DNA from: Gemmatimonadota bacterium
GTDB lineage: Bacteria > Gemmatimonadota > Gemmatimonadetes > Longimicrobiales > RSA9
DNA: 64,000 nucleotides
Reading direction: 5' to 3'
Assembly (NCBI GenBank): GCA_040905425.1
Contig: JBBDRO010000032.1
Span: forward strand, 31,726-95,725
Numbering within the stretch: position 1 is the stretch's first letter; the number at the start of each line of letters is the position of its first letter. The position numbers were made by a program, and so were the translations under genes. A model generated the notes under the pieces. It worked only from the letters and a program-made list of their open reading frames with translations. It did no database searches and had not been told where the DNA came from. Shown here piece by piece: positions 46,880-56,626 of this stretch.

Positions 46880-47013
46880 GGGCCTTGCGGCCGCGCGGAG
46901 CAACGTCTTGATCGCGCCGCGGACCTGCCGGTGCCCGCGCGCCGCTTGACAGCCGCGTGCGCCGCGGGAATGTTCCCCTTCCCAAACCCACCTCAATACC
47001 CTGTGGAGGCGGC

Positions 47014-47397
47014 ATGGCACGCCACAACCGGGACGGTCGGGGCACCGATCAGCGCGGCGAGGACTACGAGATCGGCTACCAGCCCGACTGGCTGAAGCAG
47101 ATCAAGGTGACCCGTAACCTGGAAAGCGGCCGCCAGTCCACCAAGACGCTGTTCCGCAACCCTGGCTTCAAGGAACAGCCGCCAGGGCAGAAGGTGCGCA
47201 CGCGCATCCGCTGCCCCCGGCAGAAGCTGGACTTCGAGATCAGCGTAGACGACCCGCGCGGCATCGTCACGCGCATCACCGTGGAGACCGTGCTGCCGGA
47301 CAGCGACGGCGACACGGTCATGTTCTCCATCGAGGAGGAGCTGCCGCCCCCGAACGGGGACGACGGCGATCCGGACGGCGACGGCGGCGGCAACTGA
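47014..47397 (+). CDS. Hypothetical protein with acidic tail
   Basis: GGAGG RBS; strong host codon bias. Confidence 0.75.
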   Translation: MARHNRDGRGTDQRGEDYEIGYQPDWLKQIKVTRNLESGRQSTKTLFRNPGFKEQPPGQKVRTRIRCPRQKLDFEISVDDPRGIVTRITVETVLPDSDGDTVMFSIEEELPPPNGDDGDPDGDGGGN

Positions 47398-47409
47398 GGC
47401 CGGCGCCCG

Positions 47410-48126
47410 GTGGCGGCGCTCCTCCTCGGCACCCACGCCCTCCGGCTCCTGCTGGCCGGGCTGCTGTGCGCCGTCCTGCTCCGTCGGGGCGGCGCCCTGT
47501 CCCGCCAGGCGCGCGCGGGATGGCTGCTCCTGGCGGCGTTCTATGTAATCCTGGCGCTGGACAACCTCCTCATCGAGGGGCTGCGCCGCACCCTCGGCGG
47601 CGGTCACGCCGGCTACCTCCGGTTCTACAGCCAGACCTACCTGCTGAACTCCATCCTGAGCTACGCCCTGCCCGCCGCGCTGCTCGCGGTGCTCGCCGAC
47701 GTCCGGGGCCTGCGCATCGGCGCGGGCGTGGCGGCCGTGGCGCTGGGCGCGGGCGGCGCCATGGTGGCCGTGGGCCAACCGCCGGAGAGCTGGGCGGCGC
47801 TCTTCAACGTGACGCGCGTCCTCTCGCTCCTGGGCATTGCCGGCTACCTGGTGTTCGTGGGGCTGCAGGTGCTCGGCCGCCTGCCGGCCGCGGGGCGCCA
47901 CCTGGGCGCCGTGGTGGGGATCCGCGCGGCGTTCGTGCTGCTGGTACCGGTCAACGAGGCGTTCTTCGACTGGCTCGAACGCAGCCGGGCGGCGGGCGCC
48001 GTCCCCGTGGAAACCACGCTGGCTGACTACTGGTTCCTGCTGCAGCTTCTGCAGCTCGTGGCCACGCTGGCCCAGGTGGCCGTGGTGGCCCATTTCCTCC
48101 GGCGCACGCCCCCTGCGCGCCGATGA
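47410..48126 (+). CDS. Multi-pass (about 7 TM) membrane protein
   Basis: Repeated hydrophobic helices; ATGA overlap with the next gene. Confidence 0.7.
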   Translation: MAALLLGTHALRLLLAGLLCAVLLRRGGALSRQARAGWLLLAAFYVILALDNLLIEGLRRTLGGGHAGYLRFYSQTYLLNSILSYALPAALLAVLADVRGLRIGAGVAAVALGAGGAMVAVGQPPESWAALFNVTRVLSLLGIAGYLVFVGLQVLGRLPAAGRHLGAVVGIRAAFVLLVPVNEAFFDWLERSRAAGAVPVETTLADYWFLLQLLQLVATLAQVAVVAHFLRRTPPARR

Positions 48127-48959
48127 CCTCCCTGTTCACGGTGCTGCTCCTGCAGGCGCCACCGCTCCGCCTGCTCTGGATCAACGCCGGCATCCTCCTC
48201 CTGCTGCTCACTTTCGTGTCCGTGATCGTCACCGTGCTGGTGCGGCGCAGCATCCGCCAGCGCGTGGAGGCGGAGCGGGTGAGCGCCATGGCAACGGCGT
48301 CGGCGCGCATCCTCCATCAGGTCAAGAATCCGCTCTCCAGCCTGCTGCTGCACGCGGAGTTGCTGGGGGACGCGCGTACGGCCGGCACGGAGGGCGAGCG
48401 GCGCGAGGCGGGCGACGCGGTGCTCCAGGAGGGAGCCCGCGTGCGGGAGCTGCTGGAGGAGCTGTCCGCCTTCGCGCAGGGGCGGCGCCGGGACCTGGAT
48501 CTTGCGCCCGTGCCGCTTCATGAGCTGGTGGCGGCCGCGGCCTCTTCCGAGGGGCGCGCCGCCCGCCACGAGGGCATCGAGGTGGTGACCGAACGCCTGG
48601 ACGAAGTGGATGTGCTGGCCGATGTGTATTTCCTGCGCCAGGCCGTGGACAACCTGATCCGCAACGCGCGCGAAGCGCTGGCGGAGCACGGCGCCCGCGG
48701 CGGCGCGCCCCGGGTGAGGGTGAGCGTACGGCGGGCGGGCAGGGAAGCGCTGGTGGAGATCGCGGACAATGGGCCGGGCATCCCGCCGGCCGAGCGCGCG
48801 GCCGTCTTCGAGCCGTTCCATACGAGCAAGCATCGGGGCATGGGGCTGGGCCTGCCGGTGTGCCGGGAGATCGCGGCGGGGCACGGGGGGCGGCTGGAGT
48901 TGAGAGAAGCGCGGGGCGGTGGCGCGCGCTTCGTCCTGGCGCTACCGATCGAGCGGTGA
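48123..48959 (+). CDS. Histidine kinase with one TM and no sensor domain
   Basis: H-box ILHQVKNPL, NLIRNA, DNGPGI, FEPF, GMGLGL. Confidence 0.9.
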   Translation: MTSLFTVLLLQAPPLRLLWINAGILLLLLTFVSVIVTVLVRRSIRQRVEAERVSAMATASARILHQVKNPLSSLLLHAELLGDARTAGTEGERREAGDAVLQEGARVRELLEELSAFAQGRRRDLDLAPVPLHELVAAAASSEGRAARHEGIEVVTERLDEVDVLADVYFLRQAVDNLIRNAREALAEHGARGGAPRVRVSVRRAGREALVEIADNGPGIPPAERAAVFEPFHTSKHRGMGLGLPVCREIAAGHGGRLELREARGGGARFVLALPIER

Positions 48960-48968
48960 GCCTGCCGC

Positions 48969-49922
48969 TCAGAAGACGAAGCGCAGGGGGTCGGCGGTGA
49001 CTTCCGCGATGAGGGAGTCGAGCTGCGCGCGCGCGCCGTGGAGCGCCTTCACCAGCGCGGAGTCCGTACGCATGCGCCCCAGGATTCCGCCCTCCACCGA
49101 GAGCCCCGCCTCGAGCACCGCCAGGCGTTCGGCCAGTGTGTCGGCGCGCACGGCCATCCGGTCCGTGACCGGCCGGGCGCGCGCGCGCAGCGAGTCCAGG
49201 CGTGCCCCGAAGGCCGCCAGCTCCGGCCCGAGCGCCGCGGCGTGCGCGCGCGCCCCCGCCACGGACGCTTCGAATGCCGCGGAGCGCAGCGTGCCGAAGG
49301 CGGGCCTCTCGGTCAGGGTGGCTCGCAGCTCGCTCAACTCGCGCCCCGCCCGCCCGGCCCCCTCCGCCACCCGCCCGTAGCGCTGCATTGCGGCGCCGGC
49401 GCGCGGGCCCACCACCGCCACCTCGGCGAGCAGCGTGTCAATGCGCGCTCGCAGTGTGGCGGCCTGCGCCATGAGTTGCTCGCGGGTGGGAAGGGGAGCG
49501 CCGCCGAGCGTGTCACCCGCGGGCAGTACCGGCAGCTCCGCGCTGCCGGGCCGGATGTCCACCACGGGCTCACCCATGATTCCCGCCGTAGTTACGCGCA
49601 CGTGCGCGTCCACCCGCAGTTGGTCCCGCAGGCGATCGGGTATGGCCAGCGCCATGATCACCTGCGGCGTGGTGCCGGGCCCCGCACGCACGGGCAGGAA
49701 TCTCACGCTGCGCACCTGGCCCACCTCCCGCCCGGCGATCCAGACGGGCGCTCCCGCCACGATCCTGACGGCGTCCGGCACGACGGCCAGCACCCGCGTT
49801 TCGGAGCTGAACAGAGCCAGCAGGTCCTCCAGCGCGTAGATGAGCACCGCCATACCCAGCAGCGCCAGCATGATGCCCACGCCCGCAGCACTCCGCCCTC
49901 TCTGGCCACCCGGAATCCTCAT
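48969..49922 (-). CDS. MlaD/MCE family protein
   Basis: N-terminal TM, GAPVWIAGREVGQV, GIMGEPVVDI, helical tail. Confidence 0.85.
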   Translation of the reverse strand: MRIPGGQRGRSAAGVGIMLALLGMAVLIYALEDLLALFSSETRVLAVVPDAVRIVAGAPVWIAGREVGQVRSVRFLPVRAGPGTTPQVIMALAIPDRLRDQLRVDAHVRVTTAGIMGEPVVDIRPGSAELPVLPAGDTLGGAPLPTREQLMAQAATLRARIDTLLAEVAVVGPRAGAAMQRYGRVAEGAGRAGRELSELRATLTERPAFGTLRSAAFEASVAGARAHAAALGPELAAFGARLDSLRARARPVTDRMAVRADTLAERLAVLEAGLSVEGGILGRMRTDSALVKALHGARAQLDSLIAEVTADPLRFVF

Positions 49923-49936
49923 GCTACCTTTCGCCG

Positions 49937-50761
49937 ATGCTCTGCCTGGGTCACATAGAATATAGCAACTGCTTCCCGGTCCACGCCGCGCTGCTGGACC
50001 GCGGCCCTCCGCCCGGGGTGACACTGCACCCGGACATCCCCGGCAACCTGAACCGGGCGCTGGCCGCGGGCGCCGTGGACGTGGCCCCGTGCTCCAGCAT
50101 CGAGCTGGCCCGCCACGCGCCCCGCTATCGCGTCCTCCCCGGCCTGGTGATCGGCTCGGACGGGCCGGTCCGGAGCATCCGCTTCGAGAGCACGCTGGCG
50201 CTCGAGGATCTGGGCGGCGCCACGGTGGCCGTGCCCACCGCGTCGGCCACGTCCGTAGTGCTGCTGCGCATCCTCCTCCAGACCCGCCATGGCGTGGAGG
50301 CGCGCTTGCGCTGGTTCGACCAGGCCAGGGAGCGGGACCCCGTGGGCGCCGGCGCCGACGCTACGCTGTGGATCGGCGACCGGGCGCTCACACGGCACAT
50401 TCCCGCACGCCGGCGCGTCTACGACCTCGGGGCGGAGTGGACCGCGTGGACGGGTCTGCCCTTTGCCTTCGCGGTCTGGCAGACGCCGCTCGGACCCGAA
50501 CACGACCAGGAGCTGGCCGGCCTGCACGAGCTTCTGCTGGCCTCCCGGGCGTACTTCTACGAGCACGCGGCAGCGCTGGCCGAGCGCCACGCCCCCGCCT
50601 TCGGTTTGCCCGCCGATACGCTGCTCACTTACTGGCTCTCCCTCCGCTACGAGCTGGACGGGCGCATGCGCCTGGGCCTGCTGGAGTTCTTCCGCCGGGC
50701 CGCCGAGCTAGGCCTGGCGCCGCCGCTCGAGCGCTTGCCCATGGTGCCCGAGCGAGCCTGA
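49937..50761 (+). CDS. mqnA: Chorismate dehydratase (futalosine menaquinone pathway)
   Basis: GHIEYSNCFP, SATSVVL, IGDRAL, DLGAEW...TGLPFAFAVW. Confidence 0.85.
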   Translation: MLCLGHIEYSNCFPVHAALLDRGPPPGVTLHPDIPGNLNRALAAGAVDVAPCSSIELARHAPRYRVLPGLVIGSDGPVRSIRFESTLALEDLGGATVAVPTASATSVVLLRILLQTRHGVEARLRWFDQARERDPVGAGADATLWIGDRALTRHIPARRRVYDLGAEWTAWTGLPFAFAVWQTPLGPEHDQELAGLHELLLASRAYFYEHAAALAERHAPAFGLPADTLLTYWLSLRYELDGRMRLGLLEFFRRAAELGLAPPLERLPMVPERA

Positions 50762-50881
50762 GAGCCGGGCGAGTTGCAAACCACGGGCCGGGCGCCGTGG
50801 AGGCAGAGAGCGCACCGGCCTCCCGGCGCACCGTCCACCCCGCGAGTGGACAGTTGCGCGAAGGCTAGCCTATCTTCACGA

Positions 50882-51664
50882 ATGTCGATTGTCTGGACCA
50901 CGCCCGTCGCGCGGATCGGCCGCGCCACCCTGGATACCGCCGCCGGCTTCGGCCGTTTCGGCGGGTTCATGGTAGCGGTCGGCCGCGCCGGGGCGGACCT
51001 CCGCACCTGGGGGGTCATGCTCGCGCGCCACATGGCGCAACTCGGCGTGGACTCCCTCCCCATTGCGCTCTTCATTGCCGCGTTCACGGGCGTGGTTCTG
51101 GCGCTGCAGGCCTCTTATACTTTCACGGGGGCCATTCCGCTCTACTTCGTGGGCGTGCTGGTGGGCAAGACCATGATCCTGGAGCTGGGTCCGGTGCTCA
51201 CCGGTCTGGCGCTGGCCGGACGGGTGGGCGCCAACATCGCGGCCGAGCTGGGCACCATGCGCGTCACCGAGCAGATCGATGCCCTGGAGACGCTGGGCTA
51301 CGACCCCATGTCCTACCTGGTGGTCCCGCGGGTGCTGGCCGGCATCATCATGTTCCCGGTGGTGGTAGCGCTGGCGAACGTGATGGGCATTGCGGCGGGC
51401 TGGATCACGGCCATCAATCTCCTGGATCTGTCTACGCCCGAGTTCACGCGGGGACTGCGCCTGTTCTTCGTGCCGTTCGACGTCACCTTCTCACTCATCA
51501 AGGCGGCGTCCTTCGGTGCGGTGGTGACCGCCATCGGCTGCTTCTACGGCTTCCACACGTCGGGCGGTGCCGCCGCGGTGGGCCGGTCCACCACCCAGGC
51601 GGTGGTGGTGAGCAGCATGCTGATCCTGGTGCTGGACGCCTTCTGGGCCGTGGTGCTGCTGTGA
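50882..51664 (+). CDS. mlaE: MlaE family ABC permease
   Basis: ELGPVLT, AELGTMRVTEQIDALE. Confidence 0.92.
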   Translation: MSIVWTTPVARIGRATLDTAAGFGRFGGFMVAVGRAGADLRTWGVMLARHMAQLGVDSLPIALFIAAFTGVVLALQASYTFTGAIPLYFVGVLVGKTMILELGPVLTGLALAGRVGANIAAELGTMRVTEQIDALETLGYDPMSYLVVPRVLAGIIMFPVVVALANVMGIAAGWITAINLLDLSTPEFTRGLRLFFVPFDVTFSLIKAASFGAVVTAIGCFYGFHTSGGAAAVGRSTTQAVVVSSMLILVLDAFWAVVLL

Positions 51665-52407
51665 GCATCGAGATGCGCGACGTGAGCAAGGGGTTCGGCG
51701 AGCGCCTCATCCTGGACGGTATCAGCCTGGAGGTGCGGGAGGGTGAGACGCTGGCCGTCATCGGCGCTTCCGGGGTGGGCAAGAGCGTACTGCTGAAGTG
51801 CATCGTGCGCCTGCTGGAGGTGGACGCGGGCTCGGTCCATGTGGACGGGCAGGACGTAGCGCTCCTCGAACGGGACGAACTCTACGACCTGCGGCGGCGC
51901 GTGGGGTACGTGTTCCAGTTCGCGGCGCTCTTCGATTCGATGAGCGTGTTCGACAACGTGGCCATGGGGCTGCGGCGCATCGGTACCCCGCGCGACGAAA
52001 CGGTGGAACGGGTGCGGGACGCCCTTCGCCTGGTGGAGATGGAAGGCTATGAGGACAGGTTGCCGGCAGAACTCTCCGGCGGGCAGCGCAAGCGCATCGG
52101 CATGGCGCGGGCCATCACCACCCGGCCCAAGTACCTGCTCTATGACGAGCCCACCACGGGCCTGGATCCCGTGACCACCGCCGTCATCGACGAGTTGGTG
52201 CTGCGCATGGCGGGGGAGCTGGGCGTCACCGGACTGGTGGTGACCCACGACATGAAGAGCGCCTACCGTGTGGCCGATCAGGTGGCCATGCTGCACGGGG
52301 GACGGATTCGCTTCCAGGGCACCCCCGAGGAGATTCAGCGTGTGGAGGACCCCGTGGTACGTGGTTTCGTGGAAGGGCGCCCCGACCTGGCGCGGGAGGT
52401 AGCATGA
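51661..52407 (+). CDS. mlaF: MlaF/Mkl ABC ATPase
   Basis: GASGVGKS, FQFAALFDS, LSGGQRKR, YDEPTTGLDP. Confidence 0.92.
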   Translation: MSIEMRDVSKGFGERLILDGISLEVREGETLAVIGASGVGKSVLLKCIVRLLEVDAGSVHVDGQDVALLERDELYDLRRRVGYVFQFAALFDSMSVFDNVAMGLRRIGTPRDETVERVRDALRLVEMEGYEDRLPAELSGGQRKRIGMARAITTRPKYLLYDEPTTGLDPVTTAVIDELVLRMAGELGVTGLVVTHDMKSAYRVADQVAMLHGGRIRFQGTPEEIQRVEDPVVRGFVEGRPDLAREVA

Positions 52408-53393
52408 CCAGAGGCAGCGAGGTCAAAGTGGGCCTGGCGGTCATCGCGGCCCTCGCGGTGATCGTGGTGGGCACGTTCTGGCTCAAGGGCACGCGCTTCG
52501 GGGTGGAGGAGATCAGCGTGCAGGCGCGGTTCCGGGAGGCCGGCCAGATCCTGGTGGGTAACACGGTGAAGCTGCGCGGCGTGCCCATCGGCCGGGTGGA
52601 GGAGGTGGCGCTGGAGCCGGGCGGCCAGGCCGTAGTGGCCACGCTACGTATCGGTGCCGAGGTGCCGCTGCCTGATGACCCAGTGGTGATTCTCTCCCCG
52701 GAATCCATGTTCGGAGACTGGCAGGCGGAGATCTTCCCGCGCACCACCTTTCCGCGCTACGACTACCTGGAGGCGCCCGACCCGCAGGTGCTGCCCGGCT
52801 ACGCCCTGCCCGACATCTCGCGCCTGACCGCCGTGGCTGACGAGATCGCACAGAACCTGCGGGTGCTCACCGACCGGGTGTCCGAGGCGTTCACCGAAGA
52901 GACGGCGAACAACATCGTGGAGATGATTGCCAACATCCAGGAAGTGAGCAATCAGCTGACGGGCCTGGTAGCCAGCCAGCAGCAATCGCTGGATGCCGTG
53001 GCCGCGGATCTGCAGAACACCACCCAGGCGCTGGGTGAGACGGCCGTCACCATCCGCAGGGCCTTTGCACAGGTGGACACCGCGATCGGGGAGGGCAGGC
53101 TGGCGCGCATCGTGAACAACGTGGAACGCACCACGGCGCAGTCCGATTCGCTGACCGCCGCACTGCTCGTGGCCGCCCGCGAGCTCCAGGAGACGGCGGA
53201 CGTGGCGGATCACGCCTTCCGCTCGGTGGACGCCATTGCCACCGCGCTCGAGGAAGGGCGCGGCACGCTCGGCCGCCTGCTGAATGACACCACGCTCTAC
53301 GCCGGGATCGTGGACACCAACGCCGTGCTCCAGGCCCTGCTCGTGGACTTCCAGCGCAACCCGCGGAAGTACATCAATCTGACCGTCTTCTGA
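52404..53393 (+). CDS. mlaD: MlaD/MCE family protein
   Basis: EVKVG + TM, VKLRGVPIGRV, NPRKYI end. Confidence 0.88.
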   Translation: MTRGSEVKVGLAVIAALAVIVVGTFWLKGTRFGVEEISVQARFREAGQILVGNTVKLRGVPIGRVEEVALEPGGQAVVATLRIGAEVPLPDDPVVILSPESMFGDWQAEIFPRTTFPRYDYLEAPDPQVLPGYALPDISRLTAVADEIAQNLRVLTDRVSEAFTEETANNIVEMIANIQEVSNQLTGLVASQQQSLDAVAADLQNTTQALGETAVTIRRAFAQVDTAIGEGRLARIVNNVERTTAQSDSLTAALLVAARELQETADVADHAFRSVDAIATALEEGRGTLGRLLNDTTLYAGIVDTNAVLQALLVDFQRNPRKYINLTVF

Positions 53394-54631
53394 TGGCTCT
53401 GCTGGTACAGAAATTCGGCGGCACCTCGGTGGGCACGCCGGAGCGCGTGCGGGCGGTAGCCGCACGCATAGCCCGGGACCGCCAGGCGGGGCATGACGTG
53501 GTGGTGGTGGTGTCGGCGATGGGGGACACGACGGACGAGCTGCTGGAACTGGCCGACCAGGTGAGCCCGGAGGCCACGCGCCGCCATACGCGGGAACTGG
53601 ACATGCTGCTCACCGCTGGTGAGCGCATCTCCATGGCCCTGGTGGCCATGGCGCTCCGTGACCTGGACGTGGAGGCCATCAGCTTCACCGGCTCCCAGGC
53701 CGCCATCATCACCGACGGCCACCATACGGTGGCCCGCATCGAGGAGGTGCGCGCCACACGGGTGCAGGAGGAGTTGGCGCGGGGCGCCGTGGTGATTGTG
53801 GCGGGCTTCCAGGGTGTGAGCCGCGGGCGTGAGGTCACCACGCTCGGCCGCGGCGGCTCGGATACCACGGCGGTGGCGCTGGCCGCGGCGCTCGGCGCCG
53901 AGCGGTGCGATATTTTCACCGACGTGGATGGCGTGTACACCGCCGACCCGCGGCGCGTCCCGGAGGCGCGGCGAATCGACGTCGTGGGCTACGGCGAGAT
54001 GACCGAACTGGCCAGCGCCGGGGCTCAGGTCATGCACCCCCGGGCGGTCGAGATGGGCGCCCGCTTCAAGGTGCCGATCCGGGTACGCTCCTGCTTCGGG
54101 GAGCATGACGACGAGGGCACTCTGATCACCGAACGGCGCGAGACAATGGAAGGCCTTGTACTGACGGGACTGGCGTGCGACGGCGGTTACGCGCGGCTGA
54201 TACTGCGCGGCCTGCCAGCGGAAACGAGCGCGGTCTCCCGCCTGCTGAGTGCCCTGGCGGATCGGGGGATCAGCGTGGACATGCTCGGGCAGGCGGACCG
54301 CCATGACGGGCGGAGGCAGCTGCAGCTCACCGTGCGCGAGGACCGATTGGACGATGCGCGGGAGGTCTGCTCCGCCATGCTGGAGGGGTTGGGTGGGGAG
54401 TATGTAGACGCCCAGACGGGACTCAGCCGGGTGGCGCTCGTGGGCAGCGGCATGACGGAAATGCCCGGAGTCTATGCCCGGGCGTTCGCGGCGCTGGTGA
54501 AGGAGGGCATTGAAGTGCACGCCATCAGCACGTCATCCATTTCCATTGCCCTGATGGTGAACACGTCACATGCGGAGCGGAGTTTGCAGGTTCTGCACGC
54601 GGACTTCGAGTTGGCTGAAAGGGATGGATGA
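53393..54631 (+). CDS. lysC: Aspartate kinase
   Basis: VQKFGGTSV, TTLGRGGSDTTA, TDVDGVYTADPR, ACT domains. Confidence 0.95.
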   Translation: MALLVQKFGGTSVGTPERVRAVAARIARDRQAGHDVVVVVSAMGDTTDELLELADQVSPEATRRHTRELDMLLTAGERISMALVAMALRDLDVEAISFTGSQAAIITDGHHTVARIEEVRATRVQEELARGAVVIVAGFQGVSRGREVTTLGRGGSDTTAVALAAALGAERCDIFTDVDGVYTADPRRVPEARRIDVVGYGEMTELASAGAQVMHPRAVEMGARFKVPIRVRSCFGEHDDEGTLITERRETMEGLVLTGLACDGGYARLILRGLPAETSAVSRLLSALADRGISVDMLGQADRHDGRRQLQLTVREDRLDDAREVCSAMLEGLGGEYVDAQTGLSRVALVGSGMTEMPGVYARAFAALVKEGIEVHAISTSSISIALMVNTSHAERSLQVLHADFELAERDG

Positions 54632-55629
54632 GAGTAGCCGTGCTGGGCGCCACCGGCGCCGTTGGTCGCACCATGTTACGCGTGCTGGAGGAGCGGGCGC
54701 TCCCGGTGGAGGAGCTCGTGCCGCTGGCATCGGAGCGATCCGCGGGGACGTCATTGGTATGGCGCGAGCGGGAGTGGGCGGTGCAGAGCCCGCGCCCCGG
54801 CGTGTTCGCGGAGTGTGACCTGGCGCTGTTCTCGGCCGGGGCCGCCCTGTCCCGGGAATGGGCTCCGCGCGCGGCCGCGGAAGGCGCGGTGGTGGTGGAC
54901 AATTCATCCGCCTGGCGCATGGACGACCAGGTGCCTCTGGTGGTGCCCGAGGTCAACGGAGCTGCGGTCCACGAGCGGCCCAAGGGGATCGTGGCCAATC
55001 CCAACTGCTCCACCATCCAGATGGTGGTGGTGCTGGAAGCCATCCGGCGAGCCGCGGGGTTGGCCCGCGTTCTCACCACCACTTTCCAGTCGGTCTCGGG
55101 CGCCGGGCAGAAGGGCGTGGAGGCGCTTCGCGCCGAGCTGGCCGGAGGCGAGGCGGCGGCCTCGCCGTTCGTGGCGCCCATCGCCGGCAACGTGATCCCG
55201 TTCATCGGACCGCGCGGGGCGAACGGGTGGAACGAGGAGGAGGAGAAGATGCGCGCGGAAACGCGGAAGATACTGGCCGCTCCCGCCCTGGCGGTGAGCG
55301 CAACGTGTGCCCGCGTGCCCGTGGAGATCGGCCACGCCCTGGCGCTCATGGTGGAGACGCGGCGGCCGTTGGATGTGGAGGCGGCGCGGGAGGCGCTGTC
55401 CGCCATGCCGGGCGTGATGGTCCATGGTGACGACAACGACCCCCACCCGCTGGCCGTGGCCGGCAGCGATGAGGTCCACGTAGGGCACGTGCGCGTGGAT
55501 CCCGATCGCCCGGACGTACTTCACCTCTGGGTGGTGGCGGACAATCTGCGCAAAGGCGCCGCCACGAACGCGGTGCAGATCGCCGAATTGCTCGGACAGC
55601 CGGCCCGTGCCCGGGGGACCGGTGTCTGA
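54628..55629 (+). CDS. asd: Aspartate-semialdehyde dehydrogenase
   Basis: GATGAVG, DNSSAWR, ANPNCST, SVSGAG, DNLRKGAA. Confidence 0.95.
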   Translation: MRVAVLGATGAVGRTMLRVLEERALPVEELVPLASERSAGTSLVWREREWAVQSPRPGVFAECDLALFSAGAALSREWAPRAAAEGAVVVDNSSAWRMDDQVPLVVPEVNGAAVHERPKGIVANPNCSTIQMVVVLEAIRRAAGLARVLTTTFQSVSGAGQKGVEALRAELAGGEAAASPFVAPIAGNVIPFIGPRGANGWNEEEEKMRAETRKILAAPALAVSATCARVPVEIGHALALMVETRRPLDVEAAREALSAMPGVMVHGDDNDPHPLAVAGSDEVHVGHVRVDPDRPDVLHLWVVADNLRKGAATNAVQIAELLGQPARARGTGV

Positions 55630-56563
55630 GGACGATCGGCAGGAGGCCGCCGATGGCGGTTCGTCGCGCCGTAAGCGGCGGCGCAAGCGGCGGCGCCGCC
55701 CCGCCCGTGGAGCGGAACGGGAGGGCAATGGGGCGAGTCATGGCGGGCAGACGCCCGCGGCAGGGAAGACCCCGTCGGAGGATGACGGCGGTGAGGGCGA
55801 AAGCCGTCCCCGTAAGGGCGGCTCGCGGCGGCGCAGGGGCGGCTCCGGCGGTTCGAAGACCCCGCCTTCCAAGGGGCAGCCGCAAACGTCGCAGTCCAGT
55901 GCCCGGTCCCGGGATGGGCGCGGTCCGGCGCGGAGTGGTGGCGGCGGGTCGCACAAGCGCAAGGGTGGCCCGCGCGGCCGCGGCGGTGCCGCCGGCCAGC
56001 AGCGCGGGCAGGCCGACAGAACGGGCGGCAACCGCGGCCGTGAGGGCCACGCGCGTGATTCCGCGTCGCCGGCGCAGGGGGGCGGGCAGCCGCCGCCGCC
56101 GCCCGGGCCACCCCCCGGCAACCGCGGCCGCCGGCGTTCGCGGGTGGAGACCAGCGCCGGCGGCGTGGTCTACCGGATGGGGGAGGACGGGGCGCCACGC
56201 TTCCTCCTGATCCGCGATCCCTACGACAACTGGGGGCTGCCGAAGGGTCATCTGGAGGGCCGTGAAACGCCGCGCGAAGCAGCCGTGCGCGAGGTGTGTG
56301 AGGAGACCGGCCTGGCGGACCTGCGCCTGGTGGGGGACCTGCCCACCATCGACTGGTATTTCCGGGACGGCGCCGTGCTGGTGCACAAGTACTGCCACTT
56401 CTTCCTGCTGGAATCCGCCGCGGGCGATGCCGCCCCCCAGCTCGACGAGGGGATCACGGCGTGTGTCTGGCACCCCTTCACCGAGACGCTCGCGGTGGTG
56501 TCCTATGCCAATGCCCGTTCCGTCATCGAGGCGGCGGGCAAGCAGCTCGGCCTGGAGGGCTGA
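55622..56563 (+). CDS. NUDIX hydrolase with long Arg/Gly-rich N-terminal extension
   Basis: SAGGVV, LPKG and Nudix box GHLEGRETPREAAVREVCEETGL. Confidence 0.85.
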   Translation: MSEDDRQEAADGGSSRRKRRRKRRRRPARGAEREGNGASHGGQTPAAGKTPSEDDGGEGESRPRKGGSRRRRGGSGGSKTPPSKGQPQTSQSSARSRDGRGPARSGGGGSHKRKGGPRGRGGAAGQQRGQADRTGGNRGREGHARDSASPAQGGGQPPPPPGPPPGNRGRRRSRVETSAGGVVYRMGEDGAPRFLLIRDPYDNWGLPKGHLEGRETPREAAVREVCEETGLADLRLVGDLPTIDWYFRDGAVLVHKYCHFFLLESAAGDAAPQLDEGITACVWHPFTETLAVVSYANARSVIEAAGKQLGLEG

Positions 56564-56626
56564 CCCGAGTACTGGCGGGCGGCCGCCCTCCGTGGCCGCA
56601 CGCGAACCCCTGACAGGAACAACGCG

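Noticed and set aside
46946..46975. TTGACA promoter for the 47014 operon
   Set aside because: The -35 is perfect but there is no convincing -10 at 16-18 bp spacing.
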